Part shown: one piece after another, positions 25,415 through 34,516 of the stretch
How the letters are laid out: each line of letters begins with the position of its first letter
Numbering within the stretch: the first letter of the stretch is position 1
Source: Pseudomonadota bacterium
GTDB taxonomy: Bacteria > Desulfobacterota > Binatia > UBA9968
DNA length: 64,000 nucleotides
Reading direction: 5' to 3'
Assembly (NCBI GenBank): GCA_021324155.1
Contig: JAJPJQ010000051.1
Coordinates: 199,293-263,292, forward strand
Made by a program: the position numbers and the translations under genes
The notes under the pieces: model-generated
The model's input: the letters and a program-made list of their open reading frames with translations, nothing else
Told to the model about the DNA's origin: nothing
Database searches by the model: none

Positions 25415-26410
25415 ATGAAAAAGCTCACTGTCGGCATCGATCTGGTCCCGCTCACGCGGCGGCAACTCCTGCGCGGCGCAGCTATCGGCGCCGGAGCGGC
25501 ACTGTTACCCTGGGATGTCGCCCGCGCGCAGGCAACCAAGCTCCAGGTCGGCACGATCAAGATCGGCGACCTCTCGCCGTTCTTCATTGCCCAGGAAAAA
25601 GGCTACTTCAAAGAAGCCGGCCTCGACATCAACCCGGTCGCGATGGTCGGTGGCGCGGCGATCCAGCCTGCGCTCGCCTCCGGCGCCCTCAACATCGGCT
25701 GGTCGAACGTCGTGTCGACGTTCCAGGGCCACCAGGAGGGCTTCGACTATCGGTTCATCACGAGCGGCGCGCTCGCTAAACGCGGGACCAACGAGGTCTT
25801 CGGCGTTCAAGTCGCGGCCGATTCGCCGATCAAGTCGGCGAAGGATCTCGCCGGCAAGACCATCGCAACCAACACGATCGGAAACATCACGCAGGCGATC
25901 GGCTCGCATTGGGTCGACAACAACGGCGGCGACTCCTCGAAGCTCAAATGGGTCGAGGTGCCGTTTCCGAACATGGAAGCGGCCGTCGTGCAAAAGCACA
26001 TCGATGCCTTCACCGCCGTCGAGCCGTTCGTGACCGTGCCGTCGCAGGTGAACAAAAAAACCCGCGTGCTCGCGCGGCCGGCTGGGGGCATCGCGCCGCG
26101 CTTCATGATCGCGTCGTTTTTCGCGAGCGACGCGTGGATTCAAAAAAACGAAGGCACCGTCAAGGCCTTCGTCGGCGCGCTCCACCGCGGCATCGATACG
26201 CATAATGCCGATCTCGATGGCGCGAAGGTCATCATCGGCAAACACACCGGCTTATCGCCCGATGTCCTGAAGGTCATGACGCTGACCGCTTTCGAAAAAA
26301 AGCTGCTCGAATCCGATCTCGAGCCGATCATGGATTTGGCGCTGCGGTACAAGCTGATCAACAGAAAATTCCCCGTGCGTGACGTGATAGCGAAGTTCGC
26401 GCTCGCGTAA
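25415..26410 (+). CDS. ABC-type substrate-binding protein, NMT1/THI5 (SsuA/TauA-like) family, Tat signal
   Basis: 331-aa ORF. TRRQLLRGAAIGAGAALLP is a twin-arginine signal. GYFKEAGLD and LAGKTIAT are family motifs. Confidence 0.7.
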   Translation: MKKLTVGIDLVPLTRRQLLRGAAIGAGAALLPWDVARAQATKLQVGTIKIGDLSPFFIAQEKGYFKEAGLDINPVAMVGGAAIQPALASGALNIGWSNVVSTFQGHQEGFDYRFITSGALAKRGTNEVFGVQVAADSPIKSAKDLAGKTIATNTIGNITQAIGSHWVDNNGGDSSKLKWVEVPFPNMEAAVVQKHIDAFTAVEPFVTVPSQVNKKTRVLARPAGGIAPRFMIASFFASDAWIQKNEGTVKAFVGALHRGIDTHNADLDGAKVIIGKHTGLSPDVLKVMTLTAFEKKLLESDLEPIMDLALRYKLINRKFPVRDVIAKFALA

Positions 26411-26426
26411 GCCAAGCCGAAGGAGC

Positions 26427-27473
26427 ATGCCTATGCGCAAAACGCTAATGGGACAACTTCGAACCGCGGCGTTCTTCTTGGCGGTTTTCTTCGCATCCGC
26501 TTCGACGCAGGCGCAGACCCCGCGCTCGGTCGGTATCGGATCGAATCCCGCCGGCACGATCTACTATGCGCTGGCGAGCGGCCTCGCCAACGTCGTCACC
26601 GGCGCCGCGCCGTTCCAGATGACGGTGCAGCCCTACACCGGCAGCAGCACTTATCTACCGCTCCTCGACAACGGTGAGCTCGAGTTTGGCATGGTCAACG
26701 CTGTCGACATGGCGCTCGCCTACAACGGTCCCGACCGCCTCAAGATCGGCGGCCGGAATCCTTATCCTTTTGCGCCGAACACGCGGCTCATCATGCGCGG
26801 CACGCCGCTTCAGAGCAGCCTCGTGGTCCGCAAAGACGCGCCGATCAAAAATATTTACGACGTGAAAGGCAAACGCGTGACGGGCGAATACCCGGCGCAG
26901 CTCGCCGTCTGGTACAACGTCTTCGGCTCGCTCTCGAACGCGGGGCTCACGTGGAGCGACGTCAAGGTCGTGCCGGTGCCCGCCGTGAACGAAGGAATGG
27001 ACGCGCTCATCGCCGGACGCGCTGACGCATCGACGCATGCGATCGGCTCGGCGAAAATCAAGGAGGCGGATGCCTCGGTCGGCATCCGGTACATCTCGCT
27101 CGATTGCTCGCCGCAGGCGGAAGATCGGATGAAGAAAGCGGTGCCGGGCTACTACCTCGCCCATCTCAAAGCCGGCTCGTCGACCGGCATTCTCGAGGAC
27201 ATCTGCGGCTTCGCCTACGACATTTACATGATCGGCCACAAGGGCGTGCCCGACGCCGTCGTGCAAGGGACGCTAAAAGCGATCTGGGACAACGTCGCGA
27301 AGCTCCCGCCGCTCCATCCGAACTTCAAGGACTGGACGCGCGAGCGCGCCGCCAGCGCCGATGTCACCATGCCGTACCATCCGGCCGCCGTGCAGTTCTA
27401 TAAAGAAAAAGGCGTGTGGAACGCCAAGATGGACGAGGCACAGAAAAGATTGCTGGCGGTCAATCAAAAATAA
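26427..27473 (+). CDS. TRAP transporter solute receptor, TAXI family
   Basis: 348-aa ORF with a signal peptide. IGSNPAGTIYYALASGLANVV matches the TAXI N-terminal block. Immediately upstream of the fused TRAP permease gene. Confidence 0.7.
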   Translation: MPMRKTLMGQLRTAAFFLAVFFASASTQAQTPRSVGIGSNPAGTIYYALASGLANVVTGAAPFQMTVQPYTGSSTYLPLLDNGELEFGMVNAVDMALAYNGPDRLKIGGRNPYPFAPNTRLIMRGTPLQSSLVVRKDAPIKNIYDVKGKRVTGEYPAQLAVWYNVFGSLSNAGLTWSDVKVVPVPAVNEGMDALIAGRADASTHAIGSAKIKEADASVGIRYISLDCSPQAEDRMKKAVPGYYLAHLKAGSSTGILEDICGFAYDIYMIGHKGVPDAVVQGTLKAIWDNVAKLPPLHPNFKDWTRERAASADVTMPYHPAAVQFYKEKGVWNAKMDEAQKRLLAVNQK

Positions 27474-27475
27474 CT

Positions 27476-27552
27476 TTCAAGTTTTTAGTTTCGAGTTTCA
27501 CGAAAGAGCATCGATGGTCAACTTGGAACCTGAAACCTGAAACGTTTTTTTT
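27476..27552 (+). terminator. GTTTCGAGTTTCA / GAAACCTGAAAC hairpin plus T9 (family member 2): intercistronic terminator/attenuator
   Basis: tagGTTTCGAGTTTCAcgaaag...ggaaccTGAAACCTGAAACgttttttttt lies between the TAXI receptor stop (27473) and the permease start (27562). Confidence 0.65.
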
Positions 27553-27561
27553 AGGCTTTAA

Positions 27562-29532
27562 TTGAGCGACGATTTCGCTATCGCCTCGAAATTTCGCAGC
27601 CCGACCGGTTTTCCCGGCGCGCTCGGCCGCTTCTTTCTCTGCAGCATCACGGTCCTGGGCTCCTTCTGGGGCATGGGGGTGCAGCATTATCTCCCATGGG
27701 CCTTTTTCAACCAGCAGTATCTCGGGCTTTTTTTCGCACTCGCGATGGCGAGCGTTTTTCTCCTCGTCAAGGCGCGCGCGAAAGACAGCGCGACGGATGT
27801 GCCGTGGCACGATTGGCTGCTCACGGCGGCAGCGCTCGGTACCGGCGGCTACGTCGCCGTCATGTATCCCACGCTCGCTTACCGCCTCGGGGTGCTCTCA
27901 CCGGATCGATGGATACTCGGAGGCATCGCCGTCCTACTCGTGCTCGAAGCCGCGCGGCGCGTTGCCGGCGGCACGCTGGCATGGGTAGCGCTCGGCTGCG
28001 TCCTCTACGCGAACCTCGCTTATCTGTTCCCTGGTCTGCTCTATGCGCGCGGCTCTTCGTGGGCGCGCATCGCGAGCTACTTGTATCTGGATTCCGGCGG
28101 CATTTTGGGCGTGCCGCTCGACGTCGCCGCGACCGTGCTCGTCGCCTACATTTTTTTCGGGCAGGCGCTGTACGCCGTCGGCGGCGATAAATTCTTGATC
28201 GATCTAGCGCTCGTCGCGATGGGCCGCTACCGCGGCGGCTCCGCCAAAGTATCCATCGTGTCGTCGGCTCTTTTCGGCATGGTCTCAGGCAGCGCGGTCG
28301 CGAACGTGGCGGTGAACGGCGCGATCAGCATCCCAATGATGAAGCGCTCCGGCTACGCCGCGCACATGGCGGCGGCGATCGAGGCGGTGGCTTCGACCGG
28401 CGGACAGATCATGCCGCCGGTCATGGGCGCGGCGGCGTTTTTGATGGCGGAATTCTTGAACATCAGCTACGGCCAGGTCGCACTCGCCGCTGCGATCCCC
28501 GCCTCCCTCTATTATCTCGCGCTCTTCGTTCAGGTCGATCTCGAAGCGGCGAAGAAAGGTCTCGCCGGTCTTCCCGCCGAGCAGGTTCCGCGCCTGAGAA
28601 ATGTCATGCGGCGCGGCTGGGTGTTTCTGATTCCGCTGGCCGCGCTCGTCTTCGGGCTCATGATCGCCGATTGGGACGCCGGCAAAGCGGGCATGGCCGC
28701 CGTCATCACCGTCTTCGCCGTCGGCGCGCTGCAAAAGGAGACCCGGCCGACGCCCGCAAAAATTCTCCGCGCGTTCGAGGAAACCGGCCGCACGATGCTC
28801 GACATCGCCGCGATCGTCGCGCTCGCCGGCGTCGTGATCGGTGCACTTCAGCTCTCGGCGATCGCCTTCAAGCTCTCGATGCTGCTCGTGAGCATCTCCG
28901 GCGGGCACGCGCTGCTGCTGCTCACGCTGACGGCCGTCGGCTGCCTGTTTCTCGGGCTGCCGCTGCCGACGACCGTGGTTTACATCATGCTGGCGGTCCT
29001 CGCCGCCCCCGCGCTAGTGCAGGTCGGCATTCCGCCGCTCGCGGCGCATCTGTTTCTATTTTATTTCGGCATGATCTCGCTAATCACGCCCCCGGACTGT
29101 CTGCCGGTCTACGTCGCCGCGGCGATCGCCAAGGCGGATTTCTGGAAAACCGGCTGGCTCGGCATGCGCCTCGCGATTGCCGCCTATATCGTGCCGTTCA
29201 TCTTCGCTTTCCATCCGGCGCTGATCCTGATGGGGACGGTGGCGGAGATCGTTGTTTCCGTCGTCGCCGCCTCGATCGGCGTCTTTTTTCTCGGCGCGGC
29301 GTGCGCGGGCTACCTGTTCCGGGCGCTTCCGTGGTGGAAATGCGGCCTGTTCGGCGCCGCGGCGCTGCTGCTGCTGCTGCCGAAGTGGAGCGGCGCAGCG
29401 CTCGCGCTCGACGCCGCCGGACTTGCGCTCGGCGTCATAATTATTCTATGGGAATGGAACCGATCGGCTGCCGCCGCGACCCGCCCGGAATCCGCCCAGC
29501 GGCTCGAGAATCTCGGATCCGGCAAAACATAG
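27562..29532 (+). CDS. TRAP transporter fused permease (TAXI-type 4TM/12TM DctQM fusion)
   Basis: 656-aa polytopic membrane protein with long hydrophobic segments throughout. Downstream of the TAXI receptor. Confidence 0.75.
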   Translation: MSDDFAIASKFRSPTGFPGALGRFFLCSITVLGSFWGMGVQHYLPWAFFNQQYLGLFFALAMASVFLLVKARAKDSATDVPWHDWLLTAAALGTGGYVAVMYPTLAYRLGVLSPDRWILGGIAVLLVLEAARRVAGGTLAWVALGCVLYANLAYLFPGLLYARGSSWARIASYLYLDSGGILGVPLDVAATVLVAYIFFGQALYAVGGDKFLIDLALVAMGRYRGGSAKVSIVSSALFGMVSGSAVANVAVNGAISIPMMKRSGYAAHMAAAIEAVASTGGQIMPPVMGAAAFLMAEFLNISYGQVALAAAIPASLYYLALFVQVDLEAAKKGLAGLPAEQVPRLRNVMRRGWVFLIPLAALVFGLMIADWDAGKAGMAAVITVFAVGALQKETRPTPAKILRAFEETGRTMLDIAAIVALAGVVIGALQLSAIAFKLSMLLVSISGGHALLLLTLTAVGCLFLGLPLPTTVVYIMLAVLAAPALVQVGIPPLAAHLFLFYFGMISLITPPDCLPVYVAAAIAKADFWKTGWLGMRLAIAAYIVPFIFAFHPALILMGTVAEIVVSVVAASIGVFFLGAACAGYLFRALPWWKCGLFGAAALLLLLPKWSGAALALDAAGLALGVIIILWEWNRSAAAATRPESAQRLENLGSGKT

Positions 29533-29570
29533 CGACGATTCTTAACGGTATCCGGATTACACATCAGGCG

Positions 29571-30011
29571 ATGATAGATCTTAAGTGTCAACCGCTGCGT
29601 AAAGCCGACTTTGAAATATGGCTTCAGATGGGCCGGAAACTTTGGCCCAAATACGGCAATCTCCGGCGTGATTTCGAGAGAATTTCGAAATTGTCGTACG
29701 AGAAGGTTTTCATCTGCTGGGCGGGCAAAATTCCGGCTGGTTTTGTCGAAGTCTCGCTGCGCAGGGATTACGTCGAGGGCGCGAATTCGTCGCCGACCGG
29801 ATACCTCGAGGGCATTTTTGTCGAGAAACGATTTCGCAAGAACGGCGTCGCGCGCATGCTCGTGCGCGAAGCCGAAGCGTGGGCGAAAAGTAAAGGAGCC
29901 ACGGAGTTGGGTTCCGACACGCGGCTGAGTAACCGAAGGAGCCAAAAGTTTCACAAGGCGCTCGGCTTCATACAAGTCGAAAAGAATGTGGCATTCATAA
30001 AGGAGCTGTAA
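29571..30011 (+). CDS. GNAT acetyltransferase, aminoglycoside 6'-N-acetyltransferase AAC(6')-I-like
   Basis: The real gene is the 3' part of the run-through ORF 28671..30011. It is 146 aa from ATG 29571 and GC drops to ~50%. Blocks LWP, RRDYVEGANSSPTGYLEGIFVEKRFRKNGVA, SDTRLSN..SQKFHKALGF align with the AAC(6')-Iy-type pattern (IRHDYVNGCDSSPVVFLEGIFV..FRQRGVA...SDTS.EN..SQKVHQALGF), recalled from memory. Confidence 0.6.
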   Translation: MIDLKCQPLRKADFEIWLQMGRKLWPKYGNLRRDFERISKLSYEKVFICWAGKIPAGFVEVSLRRDYVEGANSSPTGYLEGIFVEKRFRKNGVARMLVREAEAWAKSKGATELGSDTRLSNRRSQKFHKALGFIQVEKNVAFIKEL

Positions 30012-30055
30012 ACAACGTCCTCGCGCTCCGTAGAATGTCGGCATTAGGGGAATAA

Positions 30056-31045
30056 ATGAAATTCGGCATTTTTAACATCGGCGATTACCATCCGCAGTCG
30101 AGTAAGCCGATTCCCGATTATTACGACGACATGCTCGAGCAGGTCGAATGGGCCGAGCGCCTCGGCTACGATGCGTTCTGGTTCGGCGAGCATCACTTCG
30201 ATTTCTTCGGCGTCGTGCCGGCACCGCCGGTGATGATGGCCGCCGCGGCCAAGCGCACGACAACAATCCGTATCGGCGTCGCGGTGGCGCTGCTGCCCTA
30301 TCACAATCCGATCACGATCGCGGAAGAGTACGCGATGGTCGACATCTTAAGCCGCGGCCGGCTCGATTTCGGCGTCGGCCGCGGCACGCCGCCCGAGCTG
30401 AAAGGCTTCGGCGTGACCGAAGACAACCGCGACAAGGTCGTCGAGGCGCTCGAAGTCGTGAAGATGGGCTGGCGCGACAGCAGAATCGAATTTCACGGCA
30501 AGTACTACAATATTCCCGGAGTCAACCTGAACGTAACGCCGGTGCAAAAGCCGTGGCCGCCGCTGTACTTCGCCGCGCTCAGCCCGGGCTCATACGAGGT
30601 AGCCGGCGAGAAAGGCTACCCGATCCTCGGCATTCCCTACGCGAGCTGCACGGACATGGCGGACGTGAAGCAAAAACTCGCGTTCTACAAAGACCGGCTC
30701 GCCGCGCACGGCCACGATCCGAAGAAAATCGATATTGTCGAATGCTTTCACACCCACGTCGCGATGACCGAGAAGGAGGCCGACAGAAACGGCCGCGCCG
30801 GGCTCGTCCCCTATCTCACGGCGCGCAAGTCGATCCGGCCGCGCGACTACGACGAGCTCTACCGCCAGCGCATGATCATGGTCGGCGACCCTAAGCACTG
30901 CGCCGACCACATCGAGGAGGTGCGCGCGGCGGGAAGCAATTACGTCATGTTCCTGATGAACTTCGCGACGCTCGAGCAGGAAAAAATCCTCGCGTCGATG
31001 GAGATCATGGCAAAAGAAGTGCTGCCGAAGTTCGCGGGAAAATAA
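30056..31045 (+). CDS. LLM-class (luciferase-like) flavin/F420-dependent oxidoreductase
   Basis: 329-aa ORF. DAFWFGEHHF and the following TIM-barrel pattern are typical of the bacterial luciferase-like monooxygenase family. Confidence 0.75.
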   Translation: MKFGIFNIGDYHPQSSKPIPDYYDDMLEQVEWAERLGYDAFWFGEHHFDFFGVVPAPPVMMAAAAKRTTTIRIGVAVALLPYHNPITIAEEYAMVDILSRGRLDFGVGRGTPPELKGFGVTEDNRDKVVEALEVVKMGWRDSRIEFHGKYYNIPGVNLNVTPVQKPWPPLYFAALSPGSYEVAGEKGYPILGIPYASCTDMADVKQKLAFYKDRLAAHGHDPKKIDIVECFHTHVAMTEKEADRNGRAGLVPYLTARKSIRPRDYDELYRQRMIMVGDPKHCADHIEEVRAAGSNYVMFLMNFATLEQEKILASMEIMAKEVLPKFAGK

Positions 31046-31057
31046 AGATAAGCTGCC

Positions 31058-31741
31058 CTACCATACGAACGGCACCAGCCGGTAGCGCACTTTTTTCGTG
31101 TAATCCTCGTAGCCCGCGAGTTGGCGCGTGAGAAACCGCTCCTCGATGAGAATTCTCACGGCTAATATCGCGAAGGGCAAGGCGGCGAAAATCACCCCAG
31201 CATAGGATTCGAGCCACAGCGGCATGCCGATCATGAGGAGCACGGCGCCGGTATACATCGGATGCCGGACGATCGAGTAGACGCCGGTGTCGATCACCTT
31301 CTGTTGTCTTTCCTCCTGATACTTCACGACCGGAGCGGCGAAGGCGTTTTCTCTCATCGCCAGCGTCATAATCCACCAGCCGATGACGAAAAGAGCCAGA
31401 CCGAAGCCCGCGGCGATCGGTCTAGGCTGCGGCAACAGATGGAACCGAACGACGTCAAGACGGATGAAGATCATCAAGGCGAAGAAGGCGACGAGTAACA
31501 GCGATACGACGATCTTGTCCGCGAGCGGTTGCCCCTTTTGCACCGGGGGCTTAAAACGCTCTCGCATTAGGGCAGGACTCGCTCGATAGACGACGGCCGT
31601 GCTCCACGCGCAGCCGACGAACACGACCGCGACGAAAATCCACGCGCGCGGCCAGTCGAGCGTCCCGGCCGGAAGAAACAGCGGGAGAGCGAAACAGAGG
31701 ACGGCGATGACGACGCCGAAGATGAGCTTGGAGGTGGACAC
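31058..31741 (-). CDS. isoprenylcysteine carboxyl methyltransferase (ICMT)/phospholipid methyltransferase family membrane protein
   Basis: 227-aa ORF with multiple TM helices. The C-terminal VRHPMYTG...EE..L motif is characteristic of the ICMT/PEMT family. Confidence 0.65.
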   Translation of the reverse strand: MSTSKLIFGVVIAVLCFALPLFLPAGTLDWPRAWIFVAVVFVGCAWSTAVVYRASPALMRERFKPPVQKGQPLADKIVVSLLLVAFFALMIFIRLDVVRFHLLPQPRPIAAGFGLALFVIGWWIMTLAMRENAFAAPVVKYQEERQQKVIDTGVYSIVRHPMYTGAVLLMIGMPLWLESYAGVIFAALPFAILAVRILIEERFLTRQLAGYEDYTKKVRYRLVPFVW

Positions 31742-31806
31742 TGCGTTTCGTATTCGATTGCCGCTTAAAGCATGCGGGAATGAACGCGAGTAGTCCAGAC
31801 GCGGCG

Positions 31807-32874
31807 TTACGAGGGCTTCAGTTCGTTTCGTTCGGTTCCGTCACCGTCCGCTTCCATCTTTACATAAACCGTCCGGGTCGGGAACGGCATCGCGATGCCT
31901 TCGCGCGCGTAGCGCGCATGCAGGCGCTTGATGAACTCGTGCTTGAGCACAGCGGCGTCGGTAAACTCGCGCGCGCGGAGCGCGACGGTGAAGTCGACGC
32001 TCGATTGCCCGAACGCGTGAAAGCGAATCTCCGGCGCGAAGCTGGCGATGCCGCCGGGAACGGTCTTCATAACCTCTTTGGCGACCTCGGCGGTGACGCG
32101 CTCGACCTTTTCGAGGTCGCTGTCGTAGGCGACGCCGATCCCGACGGGAACGACGAGCTCGCGGTCCGGCAGATGATAATTCGTGATGTTGTCCTGCACG
32201 AGCTTGTTGTTCGGCACGACGACCATATTGTTCGGCAGCATGCGGATGCGCGTGCTGCGCCAGCCGATGCGCTCGACATAGCCCTCCTCTCCGCTTTGCA
32301 GCCTGATGTAATGGCCGATGTCGACCGGCCGGTCGACTTTAAGGTAGAGGCCGGCGAAAAAATTCCCGAGCGTATCCTGGAGCGCAATCGCGACCGCGAG
32401 GCTGCCGATGCCGAGTGTCGTAAGAATCGGCGTGAGCGAGACGCCGAGGTTATCGAGCAGCAGCATGACGCCGACGGCGACAAGAATGATTTTCAGCACC
32501 ACCTCGAGCGGTCCGCGGATGTTGCCGAGGCCGTAGCGTGTGCCCGTCGTGCGCAGCAGGAGCAGCGCGCCTTTGCTCGCGAGCACGATCGCGAGCAGCA
32601 GGCCGAGCGTGGACAGCAGCTGATGCAGCGCCGCTTGCGCTTTCGCCGGCACCGGCGCTGCGTCGGCGACGAATAACAGCGCCAGCACGATCAGCAGCGG
32701 ATAGAGATAGCGGTCGAGCAGCGGATACAGACGCTCGTCCACGGCCGTCCGGCGCAGCGCGCGTCTCACGAGCGATGAAATCAGGCGGCTTAGAATAAAG
32801 GCGAGAACCGCTGCGGCGGCGACGGCGACCGCAGCGAGGATCCACGGATTTTCCGGGAGGGCGATGTCCGCCAT
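31807..32874 (-). CDS. mechanosensitive ion channel, MscS family
   Basis: 355-aa ORF with N-terminal TM helices and the conserved MscS pore/beta-domain block (GIGSLAVAIALQDTLGNFFAG...VDIGHYI). Confidence 0.75.
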   Translation of the reverse strand: MADIALPENPWILAAVAVAAAAVLAFILSRLISSLVRRALRRTAVDERLYPLLDRYLYPLLIVLALLFVADAAPVPAKAQAALHQLLSTLGLLLAIVLASKGALLLLRTTGTRYGLGNIRGPLEVVLKIILVAVGVMLLLDNLGVSLTPILTTLGIGSLAVAIALQDTLGNFFAGLYLKVDRPVDIGHYIRLQSGEEGYVERIGWRSTRIRMLPNNMVVVPNNKLVQDNITNYHLPDRELVVPVGIGVAYDSDLEKVERVTAEVAKEVMKTVPGGIASFAPEIRFHAFGQSSVDFTVALRAREFTDAAVLKHEFIKRLHARYAREGIAMPFPTRTVYVKMEADGDGTERNELKPS

Positions 32875-32935
32875 GGCCCCGCTTATAGCAAAATCGGCGC
32901 GTCCGAAGCCAGCGCCGGCGTCGCGGCGCGAGGCC

Positions 32936-33202
32936 TCAGGGATGCTTCCGCTTCACGAAATTTTTCTCGGCGATCGCGACGACGATGAGCACGAAGGAAA
33001 GAAAGCGCACGAAATAGAAAAACGGCCTATCTTCGTTGGGATTCCCGGTCAGCGCGAGCGCCGCGCGGTTGACGCCTTCGATGCCGAAGGACATCGCGAA
33101 GTAAAGAAAGAACCGGTCGCGCGTGTGTTTCCAAAAGCGCAGAAAAAAAAGCGCCGCGGTGAGCGTGGCCATGACGATCGCGCCGAGCAGCATGAGATCC
33201 AT
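32936..33202 (-). CDS. small membrane protein (88 aa)
   Basis: ORF 32936..33508 trimmed to the Met preceded by AGGAGG: MDLMLLGAIVMATLTAALFFLRFW... Two predicted TM helices. Third gene of a 3-gene unit. Confidence 0.4.
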   Translation of the reverse strand: MDLMLLGAIVMATLTAALFFLRFWKHTRDRFFLYFAMSFGIEGVNRAALALTGNPNEDRPFFYFVRFLSFVLIVVAIAEKNFVKRKHP

Positions 33203-33210
33203 TGCTCCTC

Positions 33211-33471
33211 CTAATCGGCGTCCCAGATGAGGCCGTAGAGCAGAACGACGACCGACGCGAGCGCGACGACCAGTCGGTAGGTGAACAGATCGATATCCGC
33301 GCCGAGGATCAGCTTGTCGACTACGAGCAGGCCGTTGTTCAACGCAAGCCCAGCGAAGCAGACTCCGCCCCAGAGCAGCAGCCGATATCCGCTGCGATGG
33401 AAGGCACGCAGCTGCAGCAGCGCGCAGAGCGCGGCGGTGAGAGCACAGAGGGAGTAGAAGAATCCTGCCAT
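33211..33471 (-). CDS. small membrane protein (86 aa)
   Basis: ORF 33211..33585 trimmed to MAGFFYSLCALTAALCALL... Its start overlaps the upstream stop as TAATG, indicating translational coupling. Confidence 0.4.
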   Translation of the reverse strand: MAGFFYSLCALTAALCALLQLRAFHRSGYRLLLWGGVCFAGLALNNGLLVVDKLILGADIDLFTYRLVVALASVVVLLYGLIWDAD

Positions 33472-33863
33472 TAGTCGTCCTTCTTTCGCAGTTTGAACGC
33501 GTCGGCAAATTCCTGGACGCGAGTTTTCGACTTCGAATGGATCAGATTCGTCACCGGCACGATTTGCTTGGCATAGATATCGCATAGTCGGTCAATCATT
33601 TTGCCGACCTCCGACAAGCCGGGCTGGTATTTATATGCGTCGGGATCTCCCGTTTTACAAAGCGCCAATCCCTTCGCCGATAAGGCGGCGAGGATGTCGA
33701 CGGCATCTTTGACGTTTAGGTACAGCCGCATCGAGAGCTCGCGCGCCGTCCACTCCCGGTCGGGCGCGTTTCGCAACAGCAGCAGCGCCTCGAGCTCAGC
33801 GACGGAATCGATTTTATCGGTCACGAACTGAGCAACGTCGTCGGGGATGAATTTTTGATCCAT
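33471..33863 (-). CDS. hypothetical protein with possible winged-helix region
   Basis: ORF 33471..33914 trimmed to MDQKFIPDD. ~130 aa. The central WTARELSMRLYLNVKDAVDILAALSAKGL segment is wHTH-like. First gene of the 3-gene unit. Confidence 0.35.
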   Translation of the reverse strand: MDQKFIPDDVAQFVTDKIDSVAELEALLLLRNAPDREWTARELSMRLYLNVKDAVDILAALSAKGLALCKTGDPDAYKYQPGLSEVGKMIDRLCDIYAKQIVPVTNLIHSKSKTRVQEFADAFKLRKKDD

Positions 33864-33946
33864 GAAACACGACGCGATACGCCGCGGCGGCGCAAATGCC
33901 GCGGCATATCGCACGATATGTTTGTAGAGCCGGGCGGGCTGCGGTG

Positions 33947-34516
33947 TTACGCGCCGGCTCTCGAGGATTGGACGACGAAGCGGTCGCGGCGGTTCCGCTG
34001 CCAGCAGTCGTCGGTGTGATCGCGGCAGACGGGCGTTTCGCTGCCGAAGCTTGTCGTGGAAATTCTGTCGGCGGAAAGCCCTAGGGACATAAGATATTCT
34101 TTCGCGGCCTGCGCGCGCTTCTCTCCGAGCGCGAGATTGTATTCCGTCGTGCCGCGCTCGTCGCAGTGGCCTTCGACCGTCACGCGTACGCCGGGATTGC
34201 GCTTCAGCCAGTCCGCGTCGCCTTTCAGCGTCTCGCGCGCGTCCGAACGCAGCGTGTAGCTGTCGAAATCGAAGTAGATTTCTTTCAGCGGACTATTATT
34301 CGGCGTGATGGGCGACTGCCCGCGCTGCAAATCGCCGAGGCTCCCCTGCGTCTGCCCCCGGCTCGGGACCGCCGACGACGAATCCTTTCGGCCGGCCATG
34401 GAATTGCCAGCGAGCGTCGGATCGTCGCCTTTGGCGGTTTTCGAGCAGCCGGAGACGATCCATACGGCCGTCAAGAGGACAAGCGAAATGACAACGAGGC
34501 TACGCAGTGCTTTCAT
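33947..34516 (-). CDS. pal: peptidoglycan-associated lipoprotein Pal (OmpA-like C-terminal domain)
   Basis: Signal plus lipobox (VSGC). OmpA-like domain motifs are present: IYFDFDSYTL, VEGHCDERGTTEYNLALGEKRA, YL...G.....I.T.S.GSE.P. Confidence 0.8.
   Translation of the reverse strand: MKALRSLVVISLVLLTAVWIVSGCSKTAKGDDPTLAGNSMAGRKDSSSAVPSRGQTQGSLGDLQRGQSPITPNNSPLKEIYFDFDSYTLRSDARETLKGDADWLKRNPGVRVTVEGHCDERGTTEYNLALGEKRAQAAKEYLMSLGLSADRISTTSFGSETPVCRDHTDDCWQRNRRDRFVVQSSRAGA

Noticed and set aside
28671-30011. 446-aa ORF spanning the 3' end of the TRAP permease gene and the GNAT gene
   Set aside because: Its N-terminal 300 aa are an out-of-frame, Arg-rich read-through of the permease gene. Only the last 146 aa (from ATG 29571) have GNAT/AAC(6') character.
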